From the IMG/VR virus record IMGVR_UViG_3300027868_000010, positions 1 to 54,626 of that record: a DNA stretch of 54,626 bases. One strand, written 5' to 3'. This DNA comes from a virus. Taxonomy: Duplodnaviria > Caudoviricetes. The notes under the pieces were generated by a model that saw nothing but the letters and a program-made list of their open reading frames with translations, was not told the origin of the DNA and searched no databases. The position numbers and the translations under genes are program-made. Shown here one piece after another: positions 18,828-28,588 of the stretch (positions within the stretch are counted from its first letter, which is position 1; every line of letters begins with the position of its first letter).

Positions 18828-19690
18828 GCCGCACTCTTCCAAGTTCTGCGTTCTTCGACAAGCTTCAAGAAGACGCCGTGACAATGTGCGAGCTGATCGA
18901 CCTGGAGACGAAGGGGCCGAGCTTCCACTGGACGACGAATAATGCGCCGGTAACATATACGTTATCAGGAACTCTCACAGAATATTTGCCGTTCCCCGGT
19001 CGCACCGTGTCGGGCGTGAAGGAAGACACTGACCTGGGCGTGAGCATCGTCGACTTCGTCATGGCGAACACGGGTGCGATCCTGTCAGAGCTTATCGTGG
19101 CGAATGACTTTGATATGGCGACGTTGAAGGTGGGTCGGATATTCCCTGATACTCCGGACTTCGGACGCTACGAACTTTTTCAGGGAAAGCTTGGAGATAT
19201 TTCTTATGACAGGAACCAGCTTAGCGGACAGGCTCGTGGAACGTATGGGTCAGGGAACACTCGGTGGCCGTATTATAACTACCAGGACACCTGTGTCTGG
19301 CGTTTTGGGGGAACCGGGTGCGGGTTTGACACGTCTTCTGTTACTCTCACGCTTGAGACTACGTCTATCGATGTCGCGTCCTCTACGCAAATCGCGATAC
19401 TGGCAGGGTCCGGTACTCTGACACTCAGCTACGACAACGGTCGCTTCGACTTCGGACGCTTCACCGTAACAGGCGGCGTCAACTCAGGGCACGCGAGAAC
19501 GATCAGGGCCCACACGGGAGACCTTCTTCTCCTGTCCCATCCCCTGCCGGTCAATAGCATCGGCGGTATGGTCGCCACGATCTTTCCAGGTTGCCGCAAG
19601 CGGAGGGTTGCAGACTGCCACTCTCTTTATGATAACTCGTCAGCATTTTTGGGATTTGAATGGATACCGATACAAGAAGACGCCTTTTAG
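18824..19690 (+). CDS. Baseplate hub (DUF2163/BR0599, GTA g13-like)
   Basis: YQDTCVWRFGGTGC, GVNSG, PGCRK...DC....NSSAFLGFEWIP Cys cluster. Confidence 0.82.
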   Translation: MSRTLPSSAFFDKLQEDAVTMCELIDLETKGPSFHWTTNNAPVTYTLSGTLTEYLPFPGRTVSGVKEDTDLGVSIVDFVMANTGAILSELIVANDFDMATLKVGRIFPDTPDFGRYELFQGKLGDISYDRNQLSGQARGTYGSGNTRWPYYNYQDTCVWRFGGTGCGFDTSSVTLTLETTSIDVASSTQIAILAGSGTLTLSYDNGRFDFGRFTVTGGVNSGHARTIRAHTGDLLLLSHPLPVNSIGGMVATIFPGCRKRRVADCHSLYDNSSAFLGFEWIPIQEDAF

Positions 19691-20136
19691 ATGGCGAGCT
19701 TTGGCGACAGTATGTTGTTGACGAAGCCAAGACGTGGCTTGGAACTCCCTATCAACACAAGGGTAGGGTCAAAGGGATTGGTTGTGACTGTGGGGGAATC
19801 GTCTATCAAATATATAACCCCCTCATTGGACCCTTTAAGCCCTTTCCCAAGGACTACGCTCAAGACTGGTCAGTACATCGCGATGACGACGTCTATATGG
19901 ATTTCATCCTGCCATACGTGACCGAGGTTCAGAAACCGTTCTTGGGTGGGCTTGCTATGTTCAAGATCGGCAGGAACTTCTGCCATGCTGCGATTATCAC
20001 GGGGAGGAACAAATATCTCCATGCCTGGGGTCGCACTCAGCATGGGTGTGTGACGGAGACGGGCAAAGACTTCTTCCGTATGGGCAACGGTGGTAAGCTT
20101 CGCGAAGTGAAATATTTTGATGTGAAAAAGACATGA
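19660..20136 (+). CDS. NlpC/P60 tail peptidase (GTA g14-like)
   Basis: AKTWLGTPYQHKGRVKGIGCDCGG, HAAI, YLHAW. Confidence 0.9.
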   Translation: MDTDTRRRLLDGELWRQYVVDEAKTWLGTPYQHKGRVKGIGCDCGGIVYQIYNPLIGPFKPFPKDYAQDWSVHRDDDVYMDFILPYVTEVQKPFLGGLAMFKIGRNFCHAAIITGRNKYLHAWGRTQHGCVTETGKDFFRMGNGGKLREVKYFDVKKT

Positions 20137-23100
20137 CACTCAGACAGGCAGGACAGGGCGCTTTCGGTGCAATTGGCGCATATTTCGGTGGACCTCTCGG
20201 TTTCTCAATCGGGTGGATGGTCGGCGGCTGGGTATTCGGTGAGGAAGAGGAAGATCAAAATCAAATCTTCGACCCCGGCGCACAGGAGATGCCTCGCATA
20301 AATCAGGCTTTGCGAGGGACCACGATGCCCATACTATTCGGCACCAATCGGGTGTCGAGCAATATCGTATGGCAAAATAATTTCACGGTTCTACGTCACG
20401 AGAGCAACCAGAGCGCGGGTGGTGGTGGTAAGGGCGGCGGCTCCGGTGGTGGCAAGGGCGGCGCAAAGTCTTCTGCCACACAGGCGAGCTATGAATATAA
20501 ATGGGATTTGCTCTATCACTTTGGAATGTCCCCTGTTCGGGTTGACATCTTCGGCGGCTGGCTTGGGGCCGACAGGCTGAACGACGACACACTCGTCGCG
20601 ATCTCTCGCGGCTCGTCCAGCAGCATCAACTTCTTCAAGTCTGATATCGACCGTCCTCAAAACGCTGCGCTCACGTTTGAAGAAGCTCACTTCGCTCACG
20701 CTTTCCCAACCGCTGACCAGGGTCAGGCGGACAACTGGGCGCACTTCGCAACGGTCGTGGGTCTTCCTCACCGCTTCCCATATACTTCGTACCTTGGTAT
20801 CAAGCAATTGAACCTTGGGTCAAGCCCCAGTATCCCACAGCTGTCGTTTGAGATTGGACCCGGCGACGCAGGCATTACATTCGACAGCGCATACATCGGT
20901 GACATCGGCTCTGGTGTGACCGACTCACGCATGGCTGGTCAGGCGATGGTCGAAGGTGCGGATGGAAATCACTATCTCATAGTCGGCGCGAACGGCGGCT
21001 CGACTGCCATTGGCGTTATCCGCGCGGAAGATGGAACACTGACGGATAGTATTACAGCAGCCGAAGTAGACGCCCTTGCCACCTCTGCGGGTCTTGACCC
21101 CGGGGCAGCTTACACGTTCACCAGTAAGACGAGTGGCGCTGCTATCGGTGGCACGAATTATTTCCTAGTTTACGGTCAGGACATCGGTGCCGGTTCCCGA
21201 GCAAACCACGCGTTCGTTCTGTGTCAGATTAATGCCAGCGGTCTTGTTGAGCAGGTCGGCGGGTATCAGGGCGACAGCAACGATATCGGTTCGAACATCA
21301 CGGTTTGGCTCCGCTTGGGTATTTCTGGTGCTGGTACGGCGGCGGAACCGCTGGTCCTTGCGTATCAGAACTCTGTCAGCGCCAGCCGCGACTTCCAAAT
21401 GCTCACCCTGCCCTCTGTCACCACGATGCTGGGGACATTTGTTGAAGATAGCGGAACGTATGAGATCGATGCTCGCACCGCAGATTTGACTGGTCAGGTT
21501 GGAGAATATTTCGGTATCCATCAGTCGTCTCGTGGCTATGAGGCGTTCGGCTGGTTCGTCGGCGTTGTTGATTTGTCGTCTGGAAATTACAACACTCGCT
21601 ACTATTTCTATATCGGTAAGGCCGACGTCGAGGCGGACAACGACACTCCCGCCGCGTCGGATGCAAACTCATACGTCAACACGAACAAGGCGACGTATCC
21701 GAATGGGTGGATAGCCTATTTTGATTGCGGTGTTGTGGCAGATGGTTCGCCCGTATCTATCAGTTCACCCGTTGTGGCGAACGCCGACTTCATCGACAAC
21801 ACCACCCAGGTTGCCAACGTCCCGTTCGATGATGCAGGGGAGAATATCGACGGCACCGTGGATGACAACGACGACTATGACCCTGCTCCCTTCGTTGAGA
21901 TCGTCACGAGCGGCGAGGCTGCTGGCGCGACCCTGGTTGTGTTCGCGAAGAGCTTCACTGGTTCGGAAGACTTGACACCGAGCGGCGCATATTCAAAGGC
22001 TCGCCTGTATATTTTCAATCCGATATCTGGTCTGTATACTCAGCATGGAGCCGGCGAGGGGAATACATATGACACGGTTGACGACGTCGGCGTCGTGAGC
22101 CGATATAATTATACGCCAAGCTGGAGGTTCCTGACCCTCAATCAGGAAACCAAGGTCGCATATGTGATCGAGGACAACACGTCTTCTGACGTAGCGATGG
22201 ATGGAGTTGTCGTTACGTCTAAGTTCGGCGACTATAACATCGGTGGCGGCGAAGACGTTCTCCCTCCTTATATCATCTATGAAATCCTGACCAACCCGGC
22301 GTTCGGCGTTGGTATTCCGACGTCGGCTATCGACACGACTTCATATCACCTTGCCCTCCAGTATTGTGACTCCGAGGACATCCGCGTCAGCACCATCTAC
22401 AATCGTGAGGCGGGCTACTTGTCCCATATCAAATTGCTATTGGGAACTTATGGCGGCTTTCTTACCAATGTCGGCGGCGTCTATAAATTTGGTCTGCAAG
22501 ATTTGTCAACCGACCCCGTCAGGGTGATCGACAATGACCACCTTCTGATCACCGACGAGGGCGAGGCCCCCGTCACCGTGACGCGTATGGCGAGGCAGGA
22601 GGGTGCCAATAAGGTCAAGGTTAACTATCTGGATCGTGAACTGGAATATCGCCAGAACTTTATCGAGGTCAACGACGAGGTCGACCAGGATTTGAACGGC
22701 ATTCGCCCGCGTGAGTTCCCGCCGAAGTTCGTCATGTCTGAAAAGACAGCCAACAAGATTGCCATCCGCACACTGTGGTCGAACCTGTATGCCAAGAGCG
22801 TGTTCGCTATCAAGCTTGGTCCCAAGGATTCTGACCTGGAGCCGGGAGACGTGTTCACCCTGGTGGATAGCTTCCATCCCGATCCGGCGTTGAACACTGG
22901 TGTCCGCGTCCGCCTCGTGACATGGGAAGAGACCGACACGATGGTGTTCGACGTGACCGCGGTTGAAGAGGTCCAGTATGTCAACGTCGGAACGCTGGCG
23001 ATCAACTCAGCGGGTGTCCAAACGAAGAATTCTCTGTTCGGTCCCGCACGTGCCCCGGCGAATTTCCAGATGTATGAACTGCCGCAGGAATTCCAGGGTG

Positions 23101-24128
23101 CTAACCCGCAGCTGTTCGTTGGCTGGAACCAGTTGAGTGCGTCGATGGGCGCTCGCCTCTACGTGTCCGCCGACAACGTTTCCTTCGCCAAGGCCGACGA
23201 GATACAGCCCTATGCCATCGGTGGCATCATGGCCGATGCTCTCCCTGCTCGCGACCCTGGTCACATCGAAGAGAACGTTCGGGTTTACCTAATGCCCGAC
23301 ACGCGCAGCACAGATACGCAAACAGGGTTCAATTCAAACTCGGCAGTCTTTGTCCAGACACATGCTCTCGATGACGTGGGCGGCGCGGCCCGCGCAATGG
23401 GTGGTGGTAACATCTGGATCGGTTCTGAAATGATGGCCTACGAAGGCGTCAACCTAATCGGGCAGAATGACTACCGCTTCGACAAGCTCTATCGCGGCTG
23501 GGGTGGAACACATATCCATGCCCACTCGTCGGGCGACTTCTGGCACAAGCATGCCGGTGGCATCTTCACGCGCCCATACAATGAGGACAAGATCGGCACG
23601 ACCATCTATTACAAGGTGACCCCGTTCAACTTCAATGGAGTGGAATATGACATCGCATCCATCGACGCGAAGAGCCATCAAATCGGCGGTGATTTCTTTA
23701 AACCGCAGGTACAACCCCCAATTCATACTTTCGTGGAAAGCCTTATCACGGGAACGGCGTCGGACCAGCTGGGTGCGCTTGAATTCAAGCACGTCCATTC
23801 TTCCGGAACCGCAGTAACATTCACGTGGCCTGACGCCGCTCGTCAAAAGGGATACGGTGCCGGTGGACACGGGACTGGATTATATGGACGCTTCGTTACG
23901 GACACGACTAGTCACCAGTGGCGTGTTCAGGTACTATCATCGGATCAGAGCACGGTGGTAAGGTGCGTGACGGTTGACAGCGGCTTCTACGTTTACAGCT
24001 TGGCTACCAACTCGGAAGATTTCAATGGGTGGCAGGGATCATTCTCTGTTCGGGTCACCCCATACAACGATATCGGGGATGCTCTCCGCAATCGAACCAA
24101 ACGACTTCAACTGTTTGAACAGGTGTAA
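20133..24128 (+). CDS. Tail tip/central fibre (GTA g15, host-specificity J-like)
   Basis: PILFGTNRVSSNIVW, IPQLSFE, PPYIIYEILTNPAFG, NKVKVNYLDRELEY, LEPGDVFTL, LYRGWGGT, YYKVTPFN. Confidence 0.85.
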   Translation: MTLRQAGQGAFGAIGAYFGGPLGFSIGWMVGGWVFGEEEEDQNQIFDPGAQEMPRINQALRGTTMPILFGTNRVSSNIVWQNNFTVLRHESNQSAGGGGKGGGSGGGKGGAKSSATQASYEYKWDLLYHFGMSPVRVDIFGGWLGADRLNDDTLVAISRGSSSSINFFKSDIDRPQNAALTFEEAHFAHAFPTADQGQADNWAHFATVVGLPHRFPYTSYLGIKQLNLGSSPSIPQLSFEIGPGDAGITFDSAYIGDIGSGVTDSRMAGQAMVEGADGNHYLIVGANGGSTAIGVIRAEDGTLTDSITAAEVDALATSAGLDPGAAYTFTSKTSGAAIGGTNYFLVYGQDIGAGSRANHAFVLCQINASGLVEQVGGYQGDSNDIGSNITVWLRLGISGAGTAAEPLVLAYQNSVSASRDFQMLTLPSVTTMLGTFVEDSGTYEIDARTADLTGQVGEYFGIHQSSRGYEAFGWFVGVVDLSSGNYNTRYYFYIGKADVEADNDTPAASDANSYVNTNKATYPNGWIAYFDCGVVADGSPVSISSPVVANADFIDNTTQVANVPFDDAGENIDGTVDDNDDYDPAPFVEIVTSGEAAGATLVVFAKSFTGSEDLTPSGAYSKARLYIFNPISGLYTQHGAGEGNTYDTVDDVGVVSRYNYTPSWRFLTLNQETKVAYVIEDNTSSDVAMDGVVVTSKFGDYNIGGGEDVLPPYIIYEILTNPAFGVGIPTSAIDTTSYHLALQYCDSEDIRVSTIYNREAGYLSHIKLLLGTYGGFLTNVGGVYKFGLQDLSTDPVRVIDNDHLLITDEGEAPVTVTRMARQEGANKVKVNYLDRELEYRQNFIEVNDEVDQDLNGIRPREFPPKFVMSEKTANKIAIRTLWSNLYAKSVFAIKLGPKDSDLEPGDVFTLVDSFHPDPALNTGVRVRLVTWEETDTMVFDVTAVEEVQYVNVGTLAINSAGVQTKNSLFGPARAPANFQMYELPQEFQGANPQLFVGWNQLSASMGARLYVSADNVSFAKADEIQPYAIGGIMADALPARDPGHIEENVRVYLMPDTRSTDTQTGFNSNSAVFVQTHALDDVGGAARAMGGGNIWIGSEMMAYEGVNLIGQNDYRFDKLYRGWGGTHIHAHSSGDFWHKHAGGIFTRPYNEDKIGTTIYYKVTPFNFNGVEYDIASIDAKSHQIGGDFFKPQVQPPIHTFVESLITGTASDQLGALEFKHVHSSGTAVTFTWPDAARQKGYGAGGHGTGLYGRFVTDTTSHQWRVQVLSSDQSTVVRCVTVDSGFYVYSLATNSEDFNGWQGSFSVRVTPYNDIGDALRNRTKRLQLFEQV

Positions 24129-24130
24129 TC

Positions 24131-24925
24131 ATGGCGACAGACCAAAATAATTTTGACCAGCCGAGTGCTGGACAGGCCGATTGGGATAGCTCAATCAACG
24201 GCAACTTCGGTATTCTGGAGACTGGCTTCCGAGCCAAGGGACAGGTCGGGGAAGACGTCAACACTGGCGACATTCTCACCGTGGGGTCGGATGGCTTCTG
24301 CCTTCGGTTCGATCCGAACAGCGAGGATATCGCTCCTCACCTTATGACTGTCAGCGCATTGTCGTCCGGTGACGAGGCGAACTTCGTATCGTTCGGTAGC
24401 GTGCGGTCCCTGGGCGTGTGGTCGAATGTGATCCCCGGGCACGACGTGTTCGTATCGGTCCTCACCCCGGGTATGGTTGTGTCCAGCTACAGCGCAGCCA
24501 ACAGACCTGTCGGGGTGGCCCACTATGAGGATGGCTTCGTGTTCAATCCGAACCATCACATCTTCCCCCAGAACGTCGCCACGGTCACCAGCATCGACAC
24601 CGTGAATGGCTCCCTGCATCTATTCCAGGTCGACGTCGGTCGCGCCGGCTGGAACCGTCAAATCCATATGGTTGGCGACAGCGGAGACCTCACCAGTCTG
24701 AGATTTTTTTCGAATAGCTCACGTTTGGATGCCGATTTGTTGTTTTCAACCGTCAGCGGGGGCGTTACTGTTGTCGGAAGCCACATTGATCAGCTGGGCT
24801 TCCCGTATTACAACACGGACCCGTCGACATATAGCGGATTGATCTACGGCGAGTTGACCACGATGTCTCTCTCGGTCGCGTCAGACTTCGTCGGCATTTC
24901 TCTCCAGATGGAGCGATATCGATGA
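24131..24925 (+). CDS. Minor tail/virion protein
   Basis: PSAGQADWDSSINGNFGILE N-terminus typical of fibre or baseplate proteins; position in module. Confidence 0.55.
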   Translation: MATDQNNFDQPSAGQADWDSSINGNFGILETGFRAKGQVGEDVNTGDILTVGSDGFCLRFDPNSEDIAPHLMTVSALSSGDEANFVSFGSVRSLGVWSNVIPGHDVFVSVLTPGMVVSSYSAANRPVGVAHYEDGFVFNPNHHIFPQNVATVTSIDTVNGSLHLFQVDVGRAGWNRQIHMVGDSGDLTSLRFFSNSSRLDADLLFSTVSGGVTVVGSHIDQLGFPYYNTDPSTYSGLIYGELTTMSLSVASDFVGISLQMERYR

Positions 24926-25701
24926 CCCGGTCGTTCCCAAATTGGGATGGTCGTGACTTCCCGATCCCAGGGAACACGACACGCTTCCCCAATGGCGGCA
25001 CCCCGTATAGCAACGCCACGGGCGACCCCAATTGGGACGAGGTCATATGCCTCATGGGCTTCGAGGATGGCAACGGCGCGACCCCGACCGACGAGAGTGA
25101 CGTCTCCCCTGCCCTCGCCAACATCACCAATATATCCAACGCCGCTGTCAGCACGGGTGCTGCCAAGTTCGGCGGCGGCGCTTTGACGCTCGACGGCAAC
25201 CTGGACATGGTTGAATGGGACGACCATGCGGATTTCTCTTTCGGATCGCTGGACTTCACAATTGAAATGTGGATGTCGAAGAGCGATCTGAGTAGCGGTG
25301 TGTTCATGTCAAAGTATGCGTCTACTGTTCCTCAAGCGGAATGGTATTTCAGTCACACTGGCGTAAATCTCCAGTTCCTGTTTTACTATGGAACTGGTGC
25401 GAGTAGCTATCAATTAATAACGCAGTCTTGGGCCGTCAATACAAATACCTGGGAGCACGTGGCGGTTGACAGGGTTGGTCATAAATTTTATCTGTATCAC
25501 AACGGCACCATGATCTCCAGTGCAACCTTCACTGGTCGTGTTCTCAAGGATACGACGGAACCCGTCAGGATCGGCGGTCGAGACCACCCCACCCCGCTAT
25601 ATCACAAGGGTTGGATCGACGAACTACGCGTCACCAGGGGAACAGGGCGGTACGGCGGCGTCGACTTCACACCAGCAATCCAACCATTCAAAAGGTTTTA
25701 A
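24922..25701 (+). CDS. LamG/concanavalin A-like virion protein
   Basis: AKFGGG, DFTIEMW, NTWEHVAV, LYHNG, GWIDELRVTRGTGRY. Confidence 0.8.
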   Translation: MTRSFPNWDGRDFPIPGNTTRFPNGGTPYSNATGDPNWDEVICLMGFEDGNGATPTDESDVSPALANITNISNAAVSTGAAKFGGGALTLDGNLDMVEWDDHADFSFGSLDFTIEMWMSKSDLSSGVFMSKYASTVPQAEWYFSHTGVNLQFLFYYGTGASSYQLITQSWAVNTNTWEHVAVDRVGHKFYLYHNGTMISSATFTGRVLKDTTEPVRIGGRDHPTPLYHKGWIDELRVTRGTGRYGGVDFTPAIQPFKRF

Positions 25702-25702
25702 C

Positions 25703-25732
25703 TTGCCGACCACGGCATGGCCGTGTTATAAT
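25703..25732 (+). promoter_or_regulatory. Sigma70-like promoter with a palindromic spacer
   Basis: TTGCCG-18-TATAAT with extended TG; CACGGC-atg-GCCGTG in the spacer. Confidence 0.55.
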
Positions 25733-25756
25733 TATTCATCACTTTTGGAGATTGTT

Positions 25757-26110
25757 ATGCTAAAGAATTTTATCGCGGGACTTGTTATGTATGTCGTGGT
25801 GTCGCTCAGCCTTATGGTTGCGACTTCTGCCCATCACTTCAAGCCGGAACAGAGAGTGAACATTCGCTTCTTCTGTAAGACTCAGCTTGCGTCCGAGGTT
25901 CATGTCACCGCGAAAACAGCAGCCAATCGCCAGATAATCCAGGCGACCTCTTGCGTACAGATTCCATGGCCCGTTAACGCCACCGTTGTGAAGCTGGTTA
26001 GCGAGGTCAAGAACGGTATGAACGGCGACATGATCGAAATTTTCGAAGTCAAGATAGACGACGGACCCACCGTATATGTGCCGTCGAAAAAGCAGGGCCG
26101 TGATGCTTGA
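25757..26110 (+). CDS. Secreted/periplasmic hypothetical protein
   Basis: GGAG SD; signal peptide MLKNFIAGLVMYVVVSLSLMVATSA. Confidence 0.6.
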   Translation: MLKNFIAGLVMYVVVSLSLMVATSAHHFKPEQRVNIRFFCKTQLASEVHVTAKTAANRQIIQATSCVQIPWPVNATVVKLVSEVKNGMNGDMIEIFEVKIDDGPTVYVPSKKQGRDA

Positions 26111-26354
26111 TCTAGTCGGTCTCTCACCCCTCAATGTGATCCTGATTTGTGGGATCACATGGCTCTCTGGTATGTTTGTGTGGCTGCTCAAGCGGTTCAT
26201 CAAGAGCTATGACGACAACACACGGACGCTCGTTGAGATAAACAGGACGATGCAAGTCATGGACAAAAAGCTGGACATGGCGACGCAGGTTGATCGGGAA
26301 ATATTAGTGGAATTGTCACGGTCAGACACGTGCCACTTCCGAGCAGGAGAATAA
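26103..26354 (+). CDS. Holin-like membrane protein (1 TM plus coiled coil)
   Basis: VILICGITWLSGMFVWLL followed by an amphipathic helix. Confidence 0.5.
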   Translation: MLDLVGLSPLNVILICGITWLSGMFVWLLKRFIKSYDDNTRTLVEINRTMQVMDKKLDMATQVDREILVELSRSDTCHFRAGE

Positions 26355-26355
26355 A

Positions 26356-26565
26356 ATGTTTAAAGGTTATCGCACAATCATCTTCAACGTCGTCATGATG
26401 GGCGGCTTGTTGATCAAATCATTCTATCCGGAAGCCGTGACGCCCGACGTCGAACAGGTCGGCGAAATGCTCGACTTAATCGAGACAGCCTGGGCCAGTA
26501 TCTGGGGTGTCGGCAACATGTACTTCCGCGCCATCACCAACACCAAGATCGGATCGTCCTCATGA
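26356..26565 (+). CDS. Holin-like membrane protein
   Basis: MFKGYRTIIFN...GNMYFRAITNTKI pattern of small phage holins; AGGAG SD. Confidence 0.55.
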   Translation: MFKGYRTIIFNVVMMGGLLIKSFYPEAVTPDVEQVGEMLDLIETAWASIWGVGNMYFRAITNTKIGSSS

Positions 26566-26990
26566 TCAAGAAAATCGGGGTACTCTTGGCTGTCCTGCTC
26601 GTCGCAGGATGTGCCACGGGCCGCATTCCCCAGGCGGACCTCACACCGACCCAACGCTACGTCCAGGCGGACGGCAACTTCAAGGCGCTCTTGCTGACGA
26701 TCCAGCAGGAAGCCTTCGCCGGTCGCATCACCGTGGAACAGGCCAAGGAAATCAAGCCGCTCATCGCAACGCTCAAGATCGCGATGGACACGTGGGGCTT
26801 GGCACCGGACAACGTCAACGCCGAGACGACTGCCATCCTGGCACTGTCGGCGGTCCAGCAGGTACTCGCCAAGCTGGGTCCGCAAGCCGGTCTAACAGAA
26901 ACGGAGAAGACCGACCTGATCGAGGCCGTTATATCTGAATTCTTCAAGGCCGACGTCAACCAATCCAAGGGGTATGCGCTATGGGTGTAG
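26562..26990 (+). CDS. Lipoprotein
   Basis: MIKKIGVLLAVLLVAGC lipobox; helical body. Confidence 0.7.
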   Translation: MIKKIGVLLAVLLVAGCATGRIPQADLTPTQRYVQADGNFKALLLTIQQEAFAGRITVEQAKEIKPLIATLKIAMDTWGLAPDNVNAETTAILALSAVQQVLAKLGPQAGLTETEKTDLIEAVISEFFKADVNQSKGYALWV

Positions 26991-27190
26991 GTTTCCAATT
27001 CGCACAAGTCCTGCTCTCCGGAGCAATCCAATATCTGCTGCAAGCGCAGAAAACAAACGCCATGATCATGAAGGCTCACGCCGAGGGCAGGGAGATCACT
27101 TCCGAAGAACTCGAGACACTTCGGACGGAACGCGACACGATCATCCTGGCGACGGAAGCCTCCCTCGACAAGTTGATCAACGGTGGCTGA
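26981..27190 (+). CDS. Hypothetical helical protein
   Basis: Coupled 69-aa ORF. Confidence 0.55.
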   Translation: MGVGFQFAQVLLSGAIQYLLQAQKTNAMIMKAHAEGREITSEELETLRTERDTIILATEASLDKLINGG

Positions 27191-28466
27191 TCGTCCATCT
27201 TGGGACGATATTCAAGAGACACTAAAGGCGGCGGGGGGCAACAAAACCCTCGCCGCTTCGTCTCTGGGTATCCCGCGCACGACTTTACGTCGGTGGATCG
27301 ATGAAGGGGAAGAGGCTGACGAGGCCCTGATCCCCCAGACACCCGACGTTCAGATCAGTGTCCTCACTCAACAGGTCAAGCGGCTCCAGCGCGAGCTAAT
27401 CAACCGCGAGAAAGAAACTCTCGAGGCTGACGAGGTCCGTCAGTATATCCTCGAGCTTGGCGAGCACGAGGGGCGGGCCCCTGCATGGGTCAACTCAAAC
27501 CCCGACGTGTCGTACAACCACGGCATCCCCTCCCTGTTCCTGTCTGACTTGCACTACGGTGAGGTCGTGAAGGCCGAAGAGGTTTTCTTCACCAATGAAT
27601 ATGACAGCGACATCGCCGAGCGTCGCATCCAGAAGACGGTCGACACCGCGATCATGCTGACGCATGAAGTGCTGAAAGACCCCGTGTTCCCTGGTGCTGT
27701 CCTCGTCCTGGGCGGCGACAACATCAACGGTATGATCCACGAAGAATTGACCGTTGGTTCCGACCGGCGTCTCATGGATCAGATACTGGGTATCAGCGAC
27801 ATCCTTCACGGCGTCATCCTCAAGATGCTCAAGGTCTATGGCAAGCTGTTCATTCCTGGCGTGCCGGGCAACCACGGGCGGGCGACGTTCAAGACCTGGA
27901 CGAAGTTCACCGCCGCGACCAATGCCGACTGGCTCGTGTACCAGCTGCTCGAGAGATATCTGGCTCAGCAAGTAGCACGTGGCGAGGTCGTCTTCATGTG
28001 TCCTCCCGCGCGCGACATCACGTTCAGGGTTGCGGGCAGGGGATATCGTCTCACTCACGGGGATCAGTTCCGTGGTGGCGACGGCATCATCGGACCCATC
28101 GGACCCATAACGCGTGGCGACATGAAGAAACGCAACATGGCGAATGCCCTGCCCCACGACGACGAGATATATGACACCCTGCTCTGCGGTCACTTCCACA
28201 AGCTGTTCCAGTCGAAGAGCCTGATCATCAACGGCACCACGAAGGGCTTCGACGAGTACAGTCTTGCGAACAACTTCTCCTATGAGCCACCGCAGCAGGG
28301 TCTGTGGATGACGCATGAGAAATACGGCATCAATCACTTCATGCCGGTGTTGTGCGACGAGCCAAGCGATGCGATCTACAGCCCGGCGTGGGTCGAGTGG
28401 AAAGAGCAACGTGAATTGACGACGTCACACATGATCGCCGACACGATGGAATGGGTGGGGTCATGA
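27183..28466 (+). CDS. HTH + coiled coil + calcineurin-like metallophosphoesterase
   Basis: GGNKTLAASSLGIPRTTLRRW (Fis-type HTH); SDLHYGE, LGGD, PGNHGR, THGD, CGHFH. Confidence 0.82.
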   Translation: MADRPSWDDIQETLKAAGGNKTLAASSLGIPRTTLRRWIDEGEEADEALIPQTPDVQISVLTQQVKRLQRELINREKETLEADEVRQYILELGEHEGRAPAWVNSNPDVSYNHGIPSLFLSDLHYGEVVKAEEVFFTNEYDSDIAERRIQKTVDTAIMLTHEVLKDPVFPGAVLVLGGDNINGMIHEELTVGSDRRLMDQILGISDILHGVILKMLKVYGKLFIPGVPGNHGRATFKTWTKFTAATNADWLVYQLLERYLAQQVARGEVVFMCPPARDITFRVAGRGYRLTHGDQFRGGDGIIGPIGPITRGDMKKRNMANALPHDDEIYDTLLCGHFHKLFQSKSLIINGTTKGFDEYSLANNFSYEPPQQGLWMTHEKYGINHFMPVLCDEPSDAIYSPAWVEWKEQRELTTSHMIADTMEWVGS

Positions 28467-28519
28467 GCGGCCCAACGTAAAGCATAGGATACTTCTACAG
28501 GTGCATTCAGTACCTTTTG

Positions 28520-28550
28520 GGGGCCGGCGTTCCAGCTCCGGCCCCTTTCC
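28520..28550 (+). terminator. Hairpin between the phosphoesterase gene and nrdJ
   Basis: GGGGCCGG-cgttccagct-CCGGCCCC-TTT. Confidence 0.45.
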
Positions 28551-28588
28551 TCCCACCAAGCGTCCGTCGCTTGTACAGATAGAAAGCA

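Noticed and set aside
28467-28560. tRNA-like element or cobalamin riboswitch before nrdJ (GTTC hairpin, CCACCA)
   Set aside because: No cloverleaf or acceptor-stem pairing and no B12-box motifs seen; a simple hairpin explains it
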